A stretch of DNA of 64,000 bases from Alphaproteobacteria bacterium 43-37 (GTDB lineage Bacteria; Pseudomonadota; Alphaproteobacteria; 43-37), in contig MKSY01000019.1 in the NCBI GenBank assembly GCA_001897475.1, positions 43,380 through 107,379 on the forward strand. Direction: 5' to 3'. The notes below the pieces were generated by a model. The model ran no database searches. It was given only the letters and a program-made list of their open reading frames with translations, and was not told where the DNA came from. Positions 39,143 through 49,420 of the stretch are shown in pieces; within the stretch, counting starts at the first letter, position 1; each line of letters begins with the position of its first letter. Made by a program: the position numbers and the translations under genes.

Positions 39143-41410
39143 TCATTTAGCCCCAATACCTAGGCGTGCTCGACACTTATCTGAGATTAGGCCATTTATT
39201 ACTTGTAAAATAACAATGCCTCCACCAACGATAAAAATAACATCGCCGAAAGTTCTGACCCAACGTAGCGTCTGTAAAATATCGGATTGCATAAATGTTT
39301 CACTACGCGCATACCAGAATCCTTTGCTGGCATTTGCAAGCAGCTGCAAAATTCCAATGGGTAACAAACTCGTGAGCAGCATCAATACTAACCCACCATT
39401 TAACCACCAGAATCCTGTCTTCATCCACTTATCATTAAGCCTATAATCGGGCCTAATATACCGTAAAACAAAAAGCGTGAATCCTAGGGCTAAAAATCCA
39501 TAGACACCAAATAATGCCGCATGAGCATGTGTCGCTGTGGTATTTAAACCCTGCACATAATAGAGTGAGATGGGTGGGTTAATCATAAACCCGAAAACGC
39601 CTGCACCAATCATATTCCAGAATGCAACAGCAACAAAAAACATCAAAGGCCAACAAAGTTGTTGCATCCATGTTGATCGCGCTTTCAAACGCCAGTGTTC
39701 CCAAGCCTCATGCCCCAAAACAACAAGCGGCACAACTTCTAGCGCACTAAATGATGCTCCAACAGCCATAACGGGAGTCGTTGTTCCAGAAAAATACATG
39801 TGATGGAAGGTACCAGGTATTCCTCCGAGTAAAAACAACGATGCAGAGGCCAAACTGGCTGCTGTTGCCATTCGTTGAGAGACTAATCCCATACTGGAAA
39901 AAATAAAGGCCAGGGCGGTAGTTGCAAAAACTTCGAAAAAACCTTCTACCCAAAGATGGACAATCCACCAGCGCCAGTATTCCATAACGGATAGATTGGT
40001 TCGCTCCCCATAGAAAAATCCAGCACCATAAAATAAGCCAATCGCAACAATCGATGTCGTTAACAATGCTAATAAGTTCTTATCTCCACCTGGTTTACGC
40101 AATGCTGGCAAAACCCCGCGCATCATCAGTACTAACCAGAAGACGATTCCAAGGAATTTGCCAATTTGCCATAGGCGTCCTAATTCAACAAACTCATACC
40201 CTTGATGCCCAACCCAAAAATTCCATTCTTGGGGAAGAATCTGAGCAATTGTTAAAAAGTTCCCGGTGAAAGATCCGACAACAACGGCGATAAGCGCCCA
40301 AAACAGAATATCAACACCTAATTTTTGATACTTAGGATCTTTGCCACCATTAATAATGGGAACTAAAAATAAGCCCGCAGCTAGGAATCCTGTTGCAATC
40401 CAGAATAATGCTGATTGGATATGCCAGGTTCGAGATAAGGCATACGGTATCCATTGAGAAAGATCTATTCCGTAAAATCCTTGACCTTCAACAGTATAGT
40501 GAGCTGTTAACCCTCCCAAAAGGATCTGCGCACCGAATAAGACCACAACAATCAATAAATATTTGCTTAGTGCCAATTGAGATGGCGTCAGTTTAAATAA
40601 AGTGAGTGGATCCCGAGCTGGAGCTGGCATTTCTGGTTCATGTCGATTTAGGAATGACCATGCCCAAATTAAGCCGCCAACTCCTGCGATCAATAAAACA
40701 ATGCTGATAATTGACCACATAATATTTTCAGGCGTTGGAGCGTTGCCAATTAAAGGTTCATGGGGCCAGTTATTTGTATAAGTAGCCTCGCTACCAGGCC
40801 TTTCCGTTGCGGCAGCCCATGCTGTCCAAAAGAAGAAATTAGATAACTTAGCCCGGCGCTCAACACTTGGTAAAGTTTTTTCCTTCATTGCATAGTGTTT
40901 TCGGGTCTCATGAAGCTCAGACGCGTCACCAAATAATTTATCATAGTAGGCGGCGGTTTCTTTAATTGCCAAAACGCGACGCGGAGAAAGTGTGGCCGTG
41001 TCTGTTTCTTTATTAAAAGTATTAGCTCGGTATTCCTGCTTTAATTCAAACTGCAGTGCGTTTTTCTCACCGCTCGATAAGCTATCGTAGGGTTTATGAT
41101 AACGTTCCTTAGCTGCTAGCTCTAACCAGCATAACAATTCACGATGAAGCCAATCGGCTGTCCAGTCTGGAGCTTGATAAGCACCATGCCCCCAAATTGA
41201 TCCTAGTTGCATGCCACCAACAGACTGCCAGGCTGATTGTCCATCCAGCACATCATCAGACGTCATAACTGCGTCGCCGTTTACGCTGACAAATTTAAGT
41301 GGAATCGGGGGGGCTTGGCGATAAACCTCAGCTCCAAAAAATCCCAACATTGCAAACGTTACGCCAACAATTGTGATAAGAGTATACCAAAACTTACGAT
41401 ACTTAGACAT
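39143..41410 (-). CDS. norB: Quinol-dependent nitric oxide reductase (qNor)
   Basis: 755 aa; GSIWGHGAYQAPDWTADWLH, YTNNWP, WWIVHLWVEGFFEVF, GTFHHMYF, HAHAALFGVYG. Confidence 0.96.
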   Translation of the reverse strand: MSKYRKFWYTLITIVGVTFAMLGFFGAEVYRQAPPIPLKFVSVNGDAVMTSDDVLDGQSAWQSVGGMQLGSIWGHGAYQAPDWTADWLHRELLCWLELAAKERYHKPYDSLSSGEKNALQFELKQEYRANTFNKETDTATLSPRRVLAIKETAAYYDKLFGDASELHETRKHYAMKEKTLPSVERRAKLSNFFFWTAWAAATERPGSEATYTNNWPHEPLIGNAPTPENIMWSIISIVLLIAGVGGLIWAWSFLNRHEPEMPAPARDPLTLFKLTPSQLALSKYLLIVVVLFGAQILLGGLTAHYTVEGQGFYGIDLSQWIPYALSRTWHIQSALFWIATGFLAAGLFLVPIINGGKDPKYQKLGVDILFWALIAVVVGSFTGNFLTIAQILPQEWNFWVGHQGYEFVELGRLWQIGKFLGIVFWLVLMMRGVLPALRKPGGDKNLLALLTTSIVAIGLFYGAGFFYGERTNLSVMEYWRWWIVHLWVEGFFEVFATTALAFIFSSMGLVSQRMATAASLASASLFLLGGIPGTFHHMYFSGTTTPVMAVGASFSALEVVPLVVLGHEAWEHWRLKARSTWMQQLCWPLMFFVAVAFWNMIGAGVFGFMINPPISLYYVQGLNTTATHAHAALFGVYGFLALGFTLFVLRYIRPDYRLNDKWMKTGFWWLNGGLVLMLLTSLLPIGILQLLANASKGFWYARSETFMQSDILQTLRWVRTFGDVIFIVGGGIVILQVINGLISDKCRARLGIGAK

Positions 41411-41411
41411 T

Positions 41412-42086
41412 TTAAAAGCCTTCCGTTTTTATCCGATCAAAGAGGATATTATTTTCTAAATGAATATGTTGCATCAAGTCAACCTTAAAGGTACGCAACC
41501 CAAGATACAGGGCGCTCCATGTATTACAAGCGCCTTCTGGAGCTGAGATATTATGGGTTATTTCCTCAATTGCTTCCAACTGCCTACCGTAATTTTCGTG
41601 CTCATCTACCAGCTGTTCAATAATGGGACGAGCTTTAGAAATTTCGCCAGCCATAATTAAAGGAAACAAGTTCTTTTCTTCATCTAACATATGAAGTCCA
41701 AGCTCTTCGTACATTTTTTCCAAATGCTCGGTTAATCCAGTTGGGCAAGCAGGGTGATCAGCATGGACTTTTTCAACGCGCGCTGACAATCGGATAAGCT
41801 CCGGGAGCTGCTCACGGTAAATACTGTGATAACGATCCTTGATGTAGGCAACCAAATCGCTAAGCGGGGCAACATTCCAACTCAAAGATGGCTCGCCAAG
41901 ATCAATTAACTTTTGCAGGTCAAAGACCAACAAACTTGCATTGGCCCCCTTGTCTTCAATCATAACGCTTAGTTTTTTAGACCCTCCACAACAAAAATCT
42001 AAACCATACTTATGGAATACAGACGTAGCTCCTGGAATATCCCGCGCAATTTTTCCGATTGGTTGTTCAAGTAGATCCATATACAT
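41412..42086 (-). CDS. ytfE: Iron-sulfur cluster repair di-iron protein (RIC/YtfE)
   Basis: DFCCGG, RYH..YREQLPEL, HMLDEE..LFP, EH, ACNTW, HIHLENNILF. Confidence 0.93.
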   Translation of the reverse strand: MYMDLLEQPIGKIARDIPGATSVFHKYGLDFCCGGSKKLSVMIEDKGANASLLVFDLQKLIDLGEPSLSWNVAPLSDLVAYIKDRYHSIYREQLPELIRLSARVEKVHADHPACPTGLTEHLEKMYEELGLHMLDEEKNLFPLIMAGEISKARPIIEQLVDEHENYGRQLEAIEEITHNISAPEGACNTWSALYLGLRTFKVDLMQHIHLENNILFDRIKTEGF

Positions 42087-42178
42087 ACCTAACTAATGTG
42101 GTTATTTAAATTAATTTTTGGCCAAGAAAATAAAAATATTTACTAAATTTTTGTTAAAAAGTGAGCATCGCAAATTCG

Positions 42179-42207
42179 TTAAAGATGTATTTAAAACACA
42201 CCTTTAA
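42179..42207. promoter_or_regulatory. NsrR operator upstream of ytfE-norB
   Basis: TTAAAGATGTATTT-A-AAACACACCTTTAA: 14-1-14 inverted repeat (2 mismatches) resembling the NsrR consensus AAGATGCATTTnAAATGCATCTT; a TTGACG -35 lies on the minus strand at 42231-42236. Confidence 0.8.
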
Positions 42208-42279
42208 CCTCTATACAATCATACAAATTTCGTCAAGTTAAAAAAACCCAGGCCTGGCCCAAATAGGGCATTGAATAAC

Positions 42280-44079
42280 TTAGCGGATAACCATTGGGGC
42301 AGCCCTAGCCTGAGGCTCGCTTGAAGAAAAGCCGCTGGCTCTCAGCTCCTGTAGAACCATGCTCTTCACGTCAAACCATATATACGCCAGCATAGATCTC
42401 ATAAAACTGCGGACCACCGGTTCAAAGCCAGCCCCCCTCCCCCACAATGCATCACTCAGAAATTCCGACATTTTCTTGAGGCGCGGATAGTAAATGACAG
42501 GAAGCATTTTTCCTTCTGAACCAACAAATTGATGAGCCTCAGCAAGCGCCACATCCAATCCACCCAAGCGATCCACCAATTTCTTCTCCAGCGCCTGCTC
42601 ACCTGTCCATACGCGACCGCGAGCCACACGATCCACTTCCTCAGCAGACATTTGCCTTGACTGCATCACCTGCTCGGTGAAGCGCTTATAAGTTATATCC
42701 AAACTACGATTGACTCGCTTCAAAGCAGCTTGAGAAAATGGTTTAGCAGAAGAATTATCCAAAGCGCTTTCGTGAGTTGCAAATTCAGCCCAATTAATTC
42801 CTACAATTTTAGAGAAATTTTCGATATCAAACTTTCCACCATAGGTTCCGATGGATCCTGTAATTGTCACAGGATGTGCCACAATAACATCGGCCGCTGA
42901 TGCAAGCCAGTAGCCACCACTGGCCGCCACATCAGACATGGATGCAACAATTTTCTTATCTTTCTGTCCGCAATATTTGAGCGCACGAAAAATAGGGTCT
43001 GTTCCTAAAACCGAACCTCCAGGGCTATCAATACGAATAACAAACGCTTTGACATTTGGATTATTAGCTATTTTACGAATAGCGCGCTCCATCCGAAAGC
43101 TTAGGATTGCTGAGGCTTCACGATCAGCCTCATACTCACCTGTATCACGCTCAATATCGCCACTCATATAAAGCACGGCAATATGCGGTTGGGTGGTATC
43201 ATGGGCATCTTCAAAATGGTCAAGATAGTCCAGATAGGCAATCCCCTCGATATCTTCGCCAAATTTCTCCTGCATCATTTGGCTTATAGATCCTAAAGAA
43301 GTAATATGATCAACAAACCCCATTTGAAGGGCGTCTTCATCTGTCAATGAACCCATCTGTAGAGCTTTCTCTAAAAGATGTTCATCTATGTTCCGATCTA
43401 TGCATATGCTTGCTTTAATGGTCTTCATCATATGATCCAGAAGTGATACCCATTCTTGTTGGTATTCAGCCGATGGTTTTTCTAGAGTCAAATGCTCTGG
43501 CGCGCCTTTATACTCATGGCGCCGATACATATTGGCTCTCACACCAATGTGATCTAGCAGCCTCTTAAAAAATGGCACTGAAATACCAAGGCCGGAAAGA
43601 TTCACTTCACCAAAGTTTTGCAGCCAAATCTCATCAGCAACGGCAGACAAATAATAGTTCTGCGTTGCACCAGAATTTTCTCCAAATGAATCCGCGTAGA
43701 TATAAACTTTCTTTCCACTAACCTTAAATTTCTTCAACGCTCCACGTAACGTATCAATTTTACCAAGCCCCATATCATGATCGTCAAGGCGCAGTACGGC
43801 AGCTTTAATTCTTGGGTCAGCCGCTGCTTCCTCCAATGACTTTAGCATATGGTGTAATGAGTGCTTTTGTGGCTCAAAGATACGACTGAGGCTATCTTCG
43901 GCATGAAACTCCTGGACATGACCACTCACGACTAATGAAAGATACGCATTATTTGGAACAGGAACGCTGGCAGAATTACCAGAAAAAATCAGCCATGCAA
44001 AAAGGGACAACAGAAAAACAAAAATAGCCCCCAGAGTAATAAAGGTAATTTTTATAAAGCGGCGGATCTTGTTTTTCAT
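42280..44079 (-). CDS. sppA: Signal peptide peptidase SppA (long form)
   Basis: EYKGAPE, RIDSPGGS, SMSDVAASGGYW, TITGSIG, ARGRVWTGEQA. Confidence 0.95.
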   Translation of the reverse strand: MKNKIRRFIKITFITLGAIFVFLLSLFAWLIFSGNSASVPVPNNAYLSLVVSGHVQEFHAEDSLSRIFEPQKHSLHHMLKSLEEAAADPRIKAAVLRLDDHDMGLGKIDTLRGALKKFKVSGKKVYIYADSFGENSGATQNYYLSAVADEIWLQNFGEVNLSGLGISVPFFKRLLDHIGVRANMYRRHEYKGAPEHLTLEKPSAEYQQEWVSLLDHMMKTIKASICIDRNIDEHLLEKALQMGSLTDEDALQMGFVDHITSLGSISQMMQEKFGEDIEGIAYLDYLDHFEDAHDTTQPHIAVLYMSGDIERDTGEYEADREASAILSFRMERAIRKIANNPNVKAFVIRIDSPGGSVLGTDPIFRALKYCGQKDKKIVASMSDVAASGGYWLASAADVIVAHPVTITGSIGTYGGKFDIENFSKIVGINWAEFATHESALDNSSAKPFSQAALKRVNRSLDITYKRFTEQVMQSRQMSAEEVDRVARGRVWTGEQALEKKLVDRLGGLDVALAEAHQFVGSEGKMLPVIYYPRLKKMSEFLSDALWGRGAGFEPVVRSFMRSMLAYIWFDVKSMVLQELRASGFSSSEPQARAAPMVIR

Positions 44080-44088
44080 GAGTCAACG

Positions 44089-44928
44089 TTAAGCTATAGA
44101 ATCACTATCAGAGTTAGGCAAAGTCAAATCAGGAGCGTCCAAAGCTTTCATGCCAATAATATTATACCCACAATCGACATAATGAACTTCGCCTGTAACA
44201 GCCAACGACAAGTCGCTCAACAAATACATGGATGATTGCCCGACCTCATCAATGGTCACATTCCTCTTAAGTGGGGCATTGTATTGATTCCACTTAAGCA
44301 GGTATCTAAAATCGCCAACACCTGAGGCTGCTAATGTCTTAATTGGCCCCGCTGAAAGAGCATTAACACGAATGTCTTCGCCACCTAAGTCCACGGCTAA
44401 GTAACGCACACTGGCTTCCAAAGCGGCTTTTGCTACACCCATAACATTATAGTGTGGCATCACTCTTTCTGCCCCGAAATAGGTGAGGGTCAAAATGCTC
44501 CCACCCTTTTCCTTCATAAGAGGGCGAGCGTGTTTGCAAACAGATGTGAACGAGAAGCAGGAGATGTCCATGGTTTTCAGGAAATTTGCACGACTTGTAT
44601 CTACATACTGCCCGCGCAATTCCTCTTTATCAGAAAAAGCAATAGCATGAACAAGAAAATCAATCGCACCCCATTCCTTTTCAAGAGCTTCAAAAACAGA
44701 CGCGACACTTGCCTCATCAGTTACGTCACACGGAAGAATGATCTTACTGCCGACAGATTCCGCTAATGGTCTAATTCTTTTTTCAAGGACTTCCCCTTGA
44801 TATGTAAATGCGATTTCAGCACCTTGGGCAAATAAGGATTTGGCAATCCCCCAAGCTATTGAGTGGTCATTCGCAACCCCCATTATAAGGCCACGTTTTC
44901 CAGACATTAACTGCGCCATCTCAAACAC
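44089..44928 (-). CDS. fabI: Enoyl-ACP reductase FabI
   Basis: GVANDHSIAWGIA, YNVMGVAKAALE, SAGPIKTLAA. Confidence 0.97.
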   Translation of the reverse strand: MFEMAQLMSGKRGLIMGVANDHSIAWGIAKSLFAQGAEIAFTYQGEVLEKRIRPLAESVGSKIILPCDVTDEASVASVFEALEKEWGAIDFLVHAIAFSDKEELRGQYVDTSRANFLKTMDISCFSFTSVCKHARPLMKEKGGSILTLTYFGAERVMPHYNVMGVAKAALEASVRYLAVDLGGEDIRVNALSAGPIKTLAASGVGDFRYLLKWNQYNAPLKRNVTIDEVGQSSMYLLSDLSLAVTGEVHYVDCGYNIIGMKALDAPDLTLPNSDSDSIA

Positions 44929-44997
44929 TCCTGTTCATGAATGAAAAACTTATATCCTTTATCAGGCAAGAATACCAGACCTTATCGCAAGACACTC

Positions 44998-45972
44998 TTA
45001 CTCTTTTGCTTTAAGCGGCTGATAAGAATCATAAGAGTTCACAATTTTCCCCACCAGTGGGTGACGAACGACATCTTGCGCATTGAAATAGATAAAGGCG
45101 ATGTCATCAACTTTTCCCAAAACATCAACCGCATCCTGAAGACCCGATTTTGTTCCCTTCGGCAAATCTATTTGAGACAGATCACCTGTGACCACCATTC
45201 TTGAGCGATTACCCAAACGGGTGAGAAACATTTTCATTTGTTCTGGTGTTGTGTTTTGCGCTTCATCTAGAATAACAAAAGCGTTTGCTAAAGTACGACC
45301 ACGCATAAAAGCAAGAGGAGCAACTTCGATATCGCCAGAACTTAGCCGCTTAGCAATTTGTTCACCTGAGAGCATATCATGCAGCGCATCATAGAGTGGC
45401 CGAAGATATGGGTCGACCTTCTCTCGCAAATCGCCCGGGAGAAATCCGAGCCGCTCGCCCGCCTCTACAGCAGGCCTTGAGAGGATGATACGATCCACCT
45501 GACCTGAGATCATCATAGCCACACCTGTTGCCACAGCTAAATATGTCTTTCCTGTGCCTGCGGGGCCAACTCCAAAAACTAGCTCATGATTTTGCAATGC
45601 CTGCAAATACTTTTTTTGATTTAAGGAACGCGAAGAAATGACCCGACGATGTGTCGAAATGACTATCTCTTCTTGATCTAATGAAATCCTCAGACCTTGA
45701 GATGATTGCGCTGCAATCCGCATAGCCGCTTCAAACTCAAGCGCATCAAGGCTTAACCCGCGCTCCAATCGCGTATAGCAATGCCGCAAGACGGATTGCG
45801 CACTATGGATACCTTCAGGAGAACCAGTTATCTGCACACGATTGCCACGATTGTTCACTTTGATGTGAAACTGCTTTTCCAACTTATGGAGAAATTCATC
45901 ATGCTCTCCAAAAAGAAAGGGCAATAAACGGTTATTGGAAAATTCAACGGTAATTGTGACTTGATCGACCAT
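44998..45972 (-). CDS. phoH: PhoH family ATPase (YbeZ)
   Basis: GPAGTGKT, RPAVEAGERLGFLPG, APLAFMRGRT, DEAQN, DVVRHPLV. Confidence 0.95.
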   Translation of the reverse strand: MVDQVTITVEFSNNRLLPFLFGEHDEFLHKLEKQFHIKVNNRGNRVQITGSPEGIHSAQSVLRHCYTRLERGLSLDALEFEAAMRIAAQSSQGLRISLDQEEIVISTHRRVISSRSLNQKKYLQALQNHELVFGVGPAGTGKTYLAVATGVAMMISGQVDRIILSRPAVEAGERLGFLPGDLREKVDPYLRPLYDALHDMLSGEQIAKRLSSGDIEVAPLAFMRGRTLANAFVILDEAQNTTPEQMKMFLTRLGNRSRMVVTGDLSQIDLPKGTKSGLQDAVDVLGKVDDIAFIYFNAQDVVRHPLVGKIVNSYDSYQPLKAKE

Positions 45973-46002
45973 TTTGCCTCGTGTGTTATAGTTTGTTATT
46001 TC

Positions 46003-47349
46003 TTAAACGATAACACCAGCAAGGCTATTTGCAAAGCCATCGGTAACATGAACCGATTGAATAGTCCCCATAACTTCCTGATTGGCTTCAACATAAACAG
46101 ACTGCAAGAACGGAGTTTTACCAATCAGCTGCCCTGGTTTTTTACCCGTGCGTTCAAACAAGGCCGATACGGTTTGCCCCACTTTTGATTGATTAAATTC
46201 AAACTGCAACTGAACAATGAGAGCCTGAAGACGCGCCAAGCGCTCCTCTTTCACACTTTCAGGAATTTGGTCTTCATAAGCACCCGCCGGTGTACCTGGG
46301 CGAATACTATATTTGAAAGAGTAGGCCTGAGCGTAGCGTACCTGGGCTACTAGATCCATTGTGTCTTGAAAATCTTGTTCGGTCTCACCAGGAAACCCCA
46401 CAATAAAATCTGACGATAAAGCTAGGTCTGACCTTGCTGCACGCAGCTTATCAATGATGTTAAAATAAAATTCTCGGGTATGCTGACGATTCATTTGATC
46501 CAAAGTTTTATTGGATCCAGACTGCACAGGCAAATGCAAATAAGGCATAAGAGCCGGAATATCCCGATGCGCGTCAATAAGATCCTGTGTCATGTCTTTC
46601 GGATGGGAGGTAATATAGCGAATCCGTTCAATTTGGGGCAAATCCTGAGCCAACTGCTCAATTAATTTAGCCAAACGCCACTCGCTCTGGCCACTTAAAC
46701 CTTCGCCATGATAGGCATTCACATTCTGCCCCAAAAGGTAGATTTCTTTAACACCCTTATCCGCTAGATTTTTAGCCTCTTCAATGATCGCTTTAGCCGG
46801 CCTTGAATATTCCGCACCACGCGTATAAGGCACTACACAAAAGGTACAAAATCGATCGCATCCTTCTTGAATACTCACATATGCCGAGGCGCCTTGTGGC
46901 CCAGTTGCTTCAGGTAAAAAATCAAATTTGGCCTCCACCGGAAAGTCCGTATCCACAAGGCGAAACCTTTTTCCCAATTTTTCCTGACGCGCTCTTTCTG
47001 CGCGGGCCACCATCTCTGGAAGACGATGGTAAGTTTGAGGGCCCAACACAATGTCCACAAAAGGAGCGCGCTGGATGATGGCATCCCCTTCCGCTTGCGC
47101 AACGCAACCCGCAACGGCAATAATCGCACCATCCTTTTTGGCATCTTTAATACGGCCCAAATCAGAAAACACTTTCTCCTCAGCTTTTTCTCGGATATGG
47201 CAGGTATTGAGAATCACCATATCTGCATCACCAGGCGTATCAACAGTTGCATACCCAAGAGGAGCTAATAAATCCACCATCTTACCTGAATCATACACAT
47301 TCATCTGACATCCATATGTTTTCACATAAAGTTTTTTTGCTGGCTTCAT
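46003..47349 (-). CDS. miaB: tRNA-i6A37 methylthiotransferase MiaB
   Basis: TYGCQMNVYDS, NTCHIREKAE, CDRFCTFC, HLPVQSGS. Confidence 0.97.
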   Translation of the reverse strand: MKPAKKLYVKTYGCQMNVYDSGKMVDLLAPLGYATVDTPGDADMVILNTCHIREKAEEKVFSDLGRIKDAKKDGAIIAVAGCVAQAEGDAIIQRAPFVDIVLGPQTYHRLPEMVARAERARQEKLGKRFRLVDTDFPVEAKFDFLPEATGPQGASAYVSIQEGCDRFCTFCVVPYTRGAEYSRPAKAIIEEAKNLADKGVKEIYLLGQNVNAYHGEGLSGQSEWRLAKLIEQLAQDLPQIERIRYITSHPKDMTQDLIDAHRDIPALMPYLHLPVQSGSNKTLDQMNRQHTREFYFNIIDKLRAARSDLALSSDFIVGFPGETEQDFQDTMDLVAQVRYAQAYSFKYSIRPGTPAGAYEDQIPESVKEERLARLQALIVQLQFEFNQSKVGQTVSALFERTGKKPGQLIGKTPFLQSVYVEANQEVMGTIQSVHVTDGFANSLAGVIV

Positions 47350-47514
47350 AACTTAAAACCCTTAGAGAAATAGTGATTAATAATTCCATCTTATTATAGG
47401 ACAGCGCTGCCAAAAGCAAGAGCCTCACTCGATCAGCAAAAATCAAGCAATAATTAACACAAAATTTATAATCAGAAGATATATCTTAATCATCAGACTC
47501 TTTGGAGAATTGCA

Positions 47515-48324
47515 ATGCCTATAAAAAAACTTAAGATGATCATGGTAGCCTTTGTTTCATTGAATGCGATTTCTTTATCCTTATATGCTCAACCCTCGGA
47601 TAACCCTGCGGCAGCAGCACTCACTGCTCAGGCTCGTGATTTGTACGCGGCTGGGGATCATACTGGAGCAGCGGTGGCTCATGAAAAGGCTGCTGAAGCT
47701 CATGCGGCGGCTGGAAGTAATTCTAAGATTATTGCGTTATCTCACTCATCTGCCGCTGCTGCATATAAGATGGCGGGTAATCCCTCAAAAGCGGCAGAAG
47801 CATATACAGCAGAAGCGGCAGTTCATACAGCAGCTGGTAATCCTGTGGGAGCGACAGCAGCGCACAGAGATGCAGCGCGCTTTTATGCCGCAGCGGGTAA
47901 TCCCTCAAAAGCGGCAGCAGCTTATACAGCAGAAGCGGCAGTTCATGCAGCAGCTGGTGACCATATGGGAGCCGTAATAGCGCACAAAGATGCAGCTCAC
48001 TCTTATACAGAAGCTGATGACCATGCGGCAGCGGCAGCAGCTTATACAGCAGCAGCTGAGGCTCATACAACAGCTGGTGACCATACGGGAGCCGCAAAAG
48101 CGCGCTCTCTTGCAGCTCGCTCTTATACAGAAGCTGGTGACCATGCGACAGCGGCGGCAGCTCATACGGCAGCAGCTGAGGCTCATACAACAGCTGGCGA
48201 TCATACGGCAGCCGCAAAAGCGCATACAGCCGCAGCGGCAGCTCATACAACAGCTGGTGACCATGCAGCAGCGGATGCTTCCCGTGCGGCAGCAGCAGCT
48301 TCTGCAGCTGCGGCGCACCATTAA
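47515..48324 (+). CDS. Secreted Ala/His-rich 20-aa tandem helical repeat protein
   Basis: GGAG RBS, signal peptide ending LYA, about 11 units of the type AGDHxxAAxAHTAAAEAHTT. Confidence 0.8.
   Translation: MPIKKLKMIMVAFVSLNAISLSLYAQPSDNPAAAALTAQARDLYAAGDHTGAAVAHEKAAEAHAAAGSNSKIIALSHSSAAAAYKMAGNPSKAAEAYTAEAAVHTAAGNPVGATAAHRDAARFYAAAGNPSKAAAAYTAEAAVHAAAGDHMGAVIAHKDAAHSYTEADDHAAAAAAYTAAAEAHTTAGDHTGAAKARSLAARSYTEAGDHATAAAAHTAAAEAHTTAGDHTAAAKAHTAAAAAHTTAGDHAAADASRAAAAASAAAAHH
47650..48321 (+). repeat. ~60-bp tandem repeat with 120-bp higher-order period, coding
   Basis: GCTGGTGACCAT/GCGGGTAATCC unit starts recur about every 60 bp. Confidence 0.85.
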
Positions 48325-48357
48325 AAATGTGAGTAACTAATTTTATTAAGGCTTACT

Positions 48358-48385
48358 AAAAGGAGGGGATTTTCCCTCCTTTTTT
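48358..48385. terminator. Rho-independent terminator
   Basis: AAAAGGAGGG-GATTTT-CCCTCCTTTTTT. Confidence 0.75.
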
Positions 48386-48389
48386 CCAT

Positions 48390-48426
48390 AACCAAAACCC
48401 CCCACCTTAGGTGGAGGTTTTTGGTT
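48390..48426. terminator. Second hairpin terminator for the convergent minus-strand gene
   Basis: AACCAAAACCCCCCACC-TTA-GGTGGAGGTTTTTGGTT. Confidence 0.7.
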
Positions 48427-48445
48427 TTGATAAAAATCAGTTTGG

Positions 48446-49420
48446 TTACCAAGTTTCTAAAGGAGCTTTAATTGCTAGAGACTTCTTATCTGTATCTGTA
48501 TCGGCATCTTCTTGGATGCCGGTTAGAGCTGCAACTGCCAGTGCGGCGGTAGCCTCTGCAGCCTCCACTACACCCTCAGCATCACGATCGCCTCCTACCA
48601 TAGCATTGCTTCTGACAAGAGCCCCACCATGAGGCGCCGGGGCAACTGCAAAACCGTCATGAGCAACGGCGACTGGAGGTGTGGCAGCAGCAGCGGCATG
48701 ACCAACAACAGTGGCCTCGACATCACCCCCATACTCGCCCTCATCATCATCCTCTTCAAAGCGAATTCACTCTGTTGGGGTCAAAGCTGCTTGTCCTTCA
48801 GCAGTTACAGAATCCTCAACCTCCTGCGTGTCTAAACCTCGTGCAAGCAGCATAACCGCAGCCACAAATTCAGGAGTGCCAAATAAAAAGGCGCTGCTTC
48901 CATCAGCAAAGCCTGCGCCCTCTGCCCCGCTTATATCAGGATCGACCCTATGGGCAGCAGCAAGGAATGCACGGCCTGCACCACCACCCGCCCCCATTGG
49001 AGCTATACCCACTGCAAATGCTGGCGGAGCCGGAGGCGCCCCTCCCCCAAGTTGGTCAGCTGTAGCAGCGGCAGTGGCAGCAGCAGCTGCAGCAAATCCA
49101 TCTCCCACATGAACAGCATTTAGATGCCGTTGGCGACGTTGGAATGCTCCAGTGATCGTTCTAAATGCATTAGCAGCCACTCGTGGTTTAAAAACTAATA
49201 TTGCCGCTACCGTTGCTGCCAGCGTGGTCCCTGTAATGCTCAACGCATTGTCATGCCCCCATCGGCTTAATGTGCATTGTGAGTTTGATCTTGCCACAGC
49301 CGTCCAAAGACCACATTGTTCTTCCTCCAAAGCTCCTTTACCGGCAATGGCATAAACATCAAAGCTGCCGACCACCAACGATCCACACACTACACTCGCC
49401 AACATCAGTTTTCGTATCAT
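48446..49420 (-). pseudogene. Ala/Gly-rich secreted orphan interrupted by an in-frame TGA at 48767-48769
   Basis: Signal peptide MIRKLMLASVVCGSLVVGSFDVYA; the same frame stays open for 106 more codons after the TGA, to TAA at 48446-48448 just before the terminator. Confidence 0.65.

Noticed and set aside
47564-48340. Gln-rich, Cys-rich and Leu/Pro-rich alternative-frame ORFs
   Set aside because: Shadows of the GCA/GCT-rich repeat; the Ala frame has the RBS, signal peptide and terminator.
48767-48769. Genetic code with TGA=Trp, or selenocysteine
   Set aside because: Conserved genes in the window terminate at TGA and use TGG for Trp; no redox-motif context for Sec.
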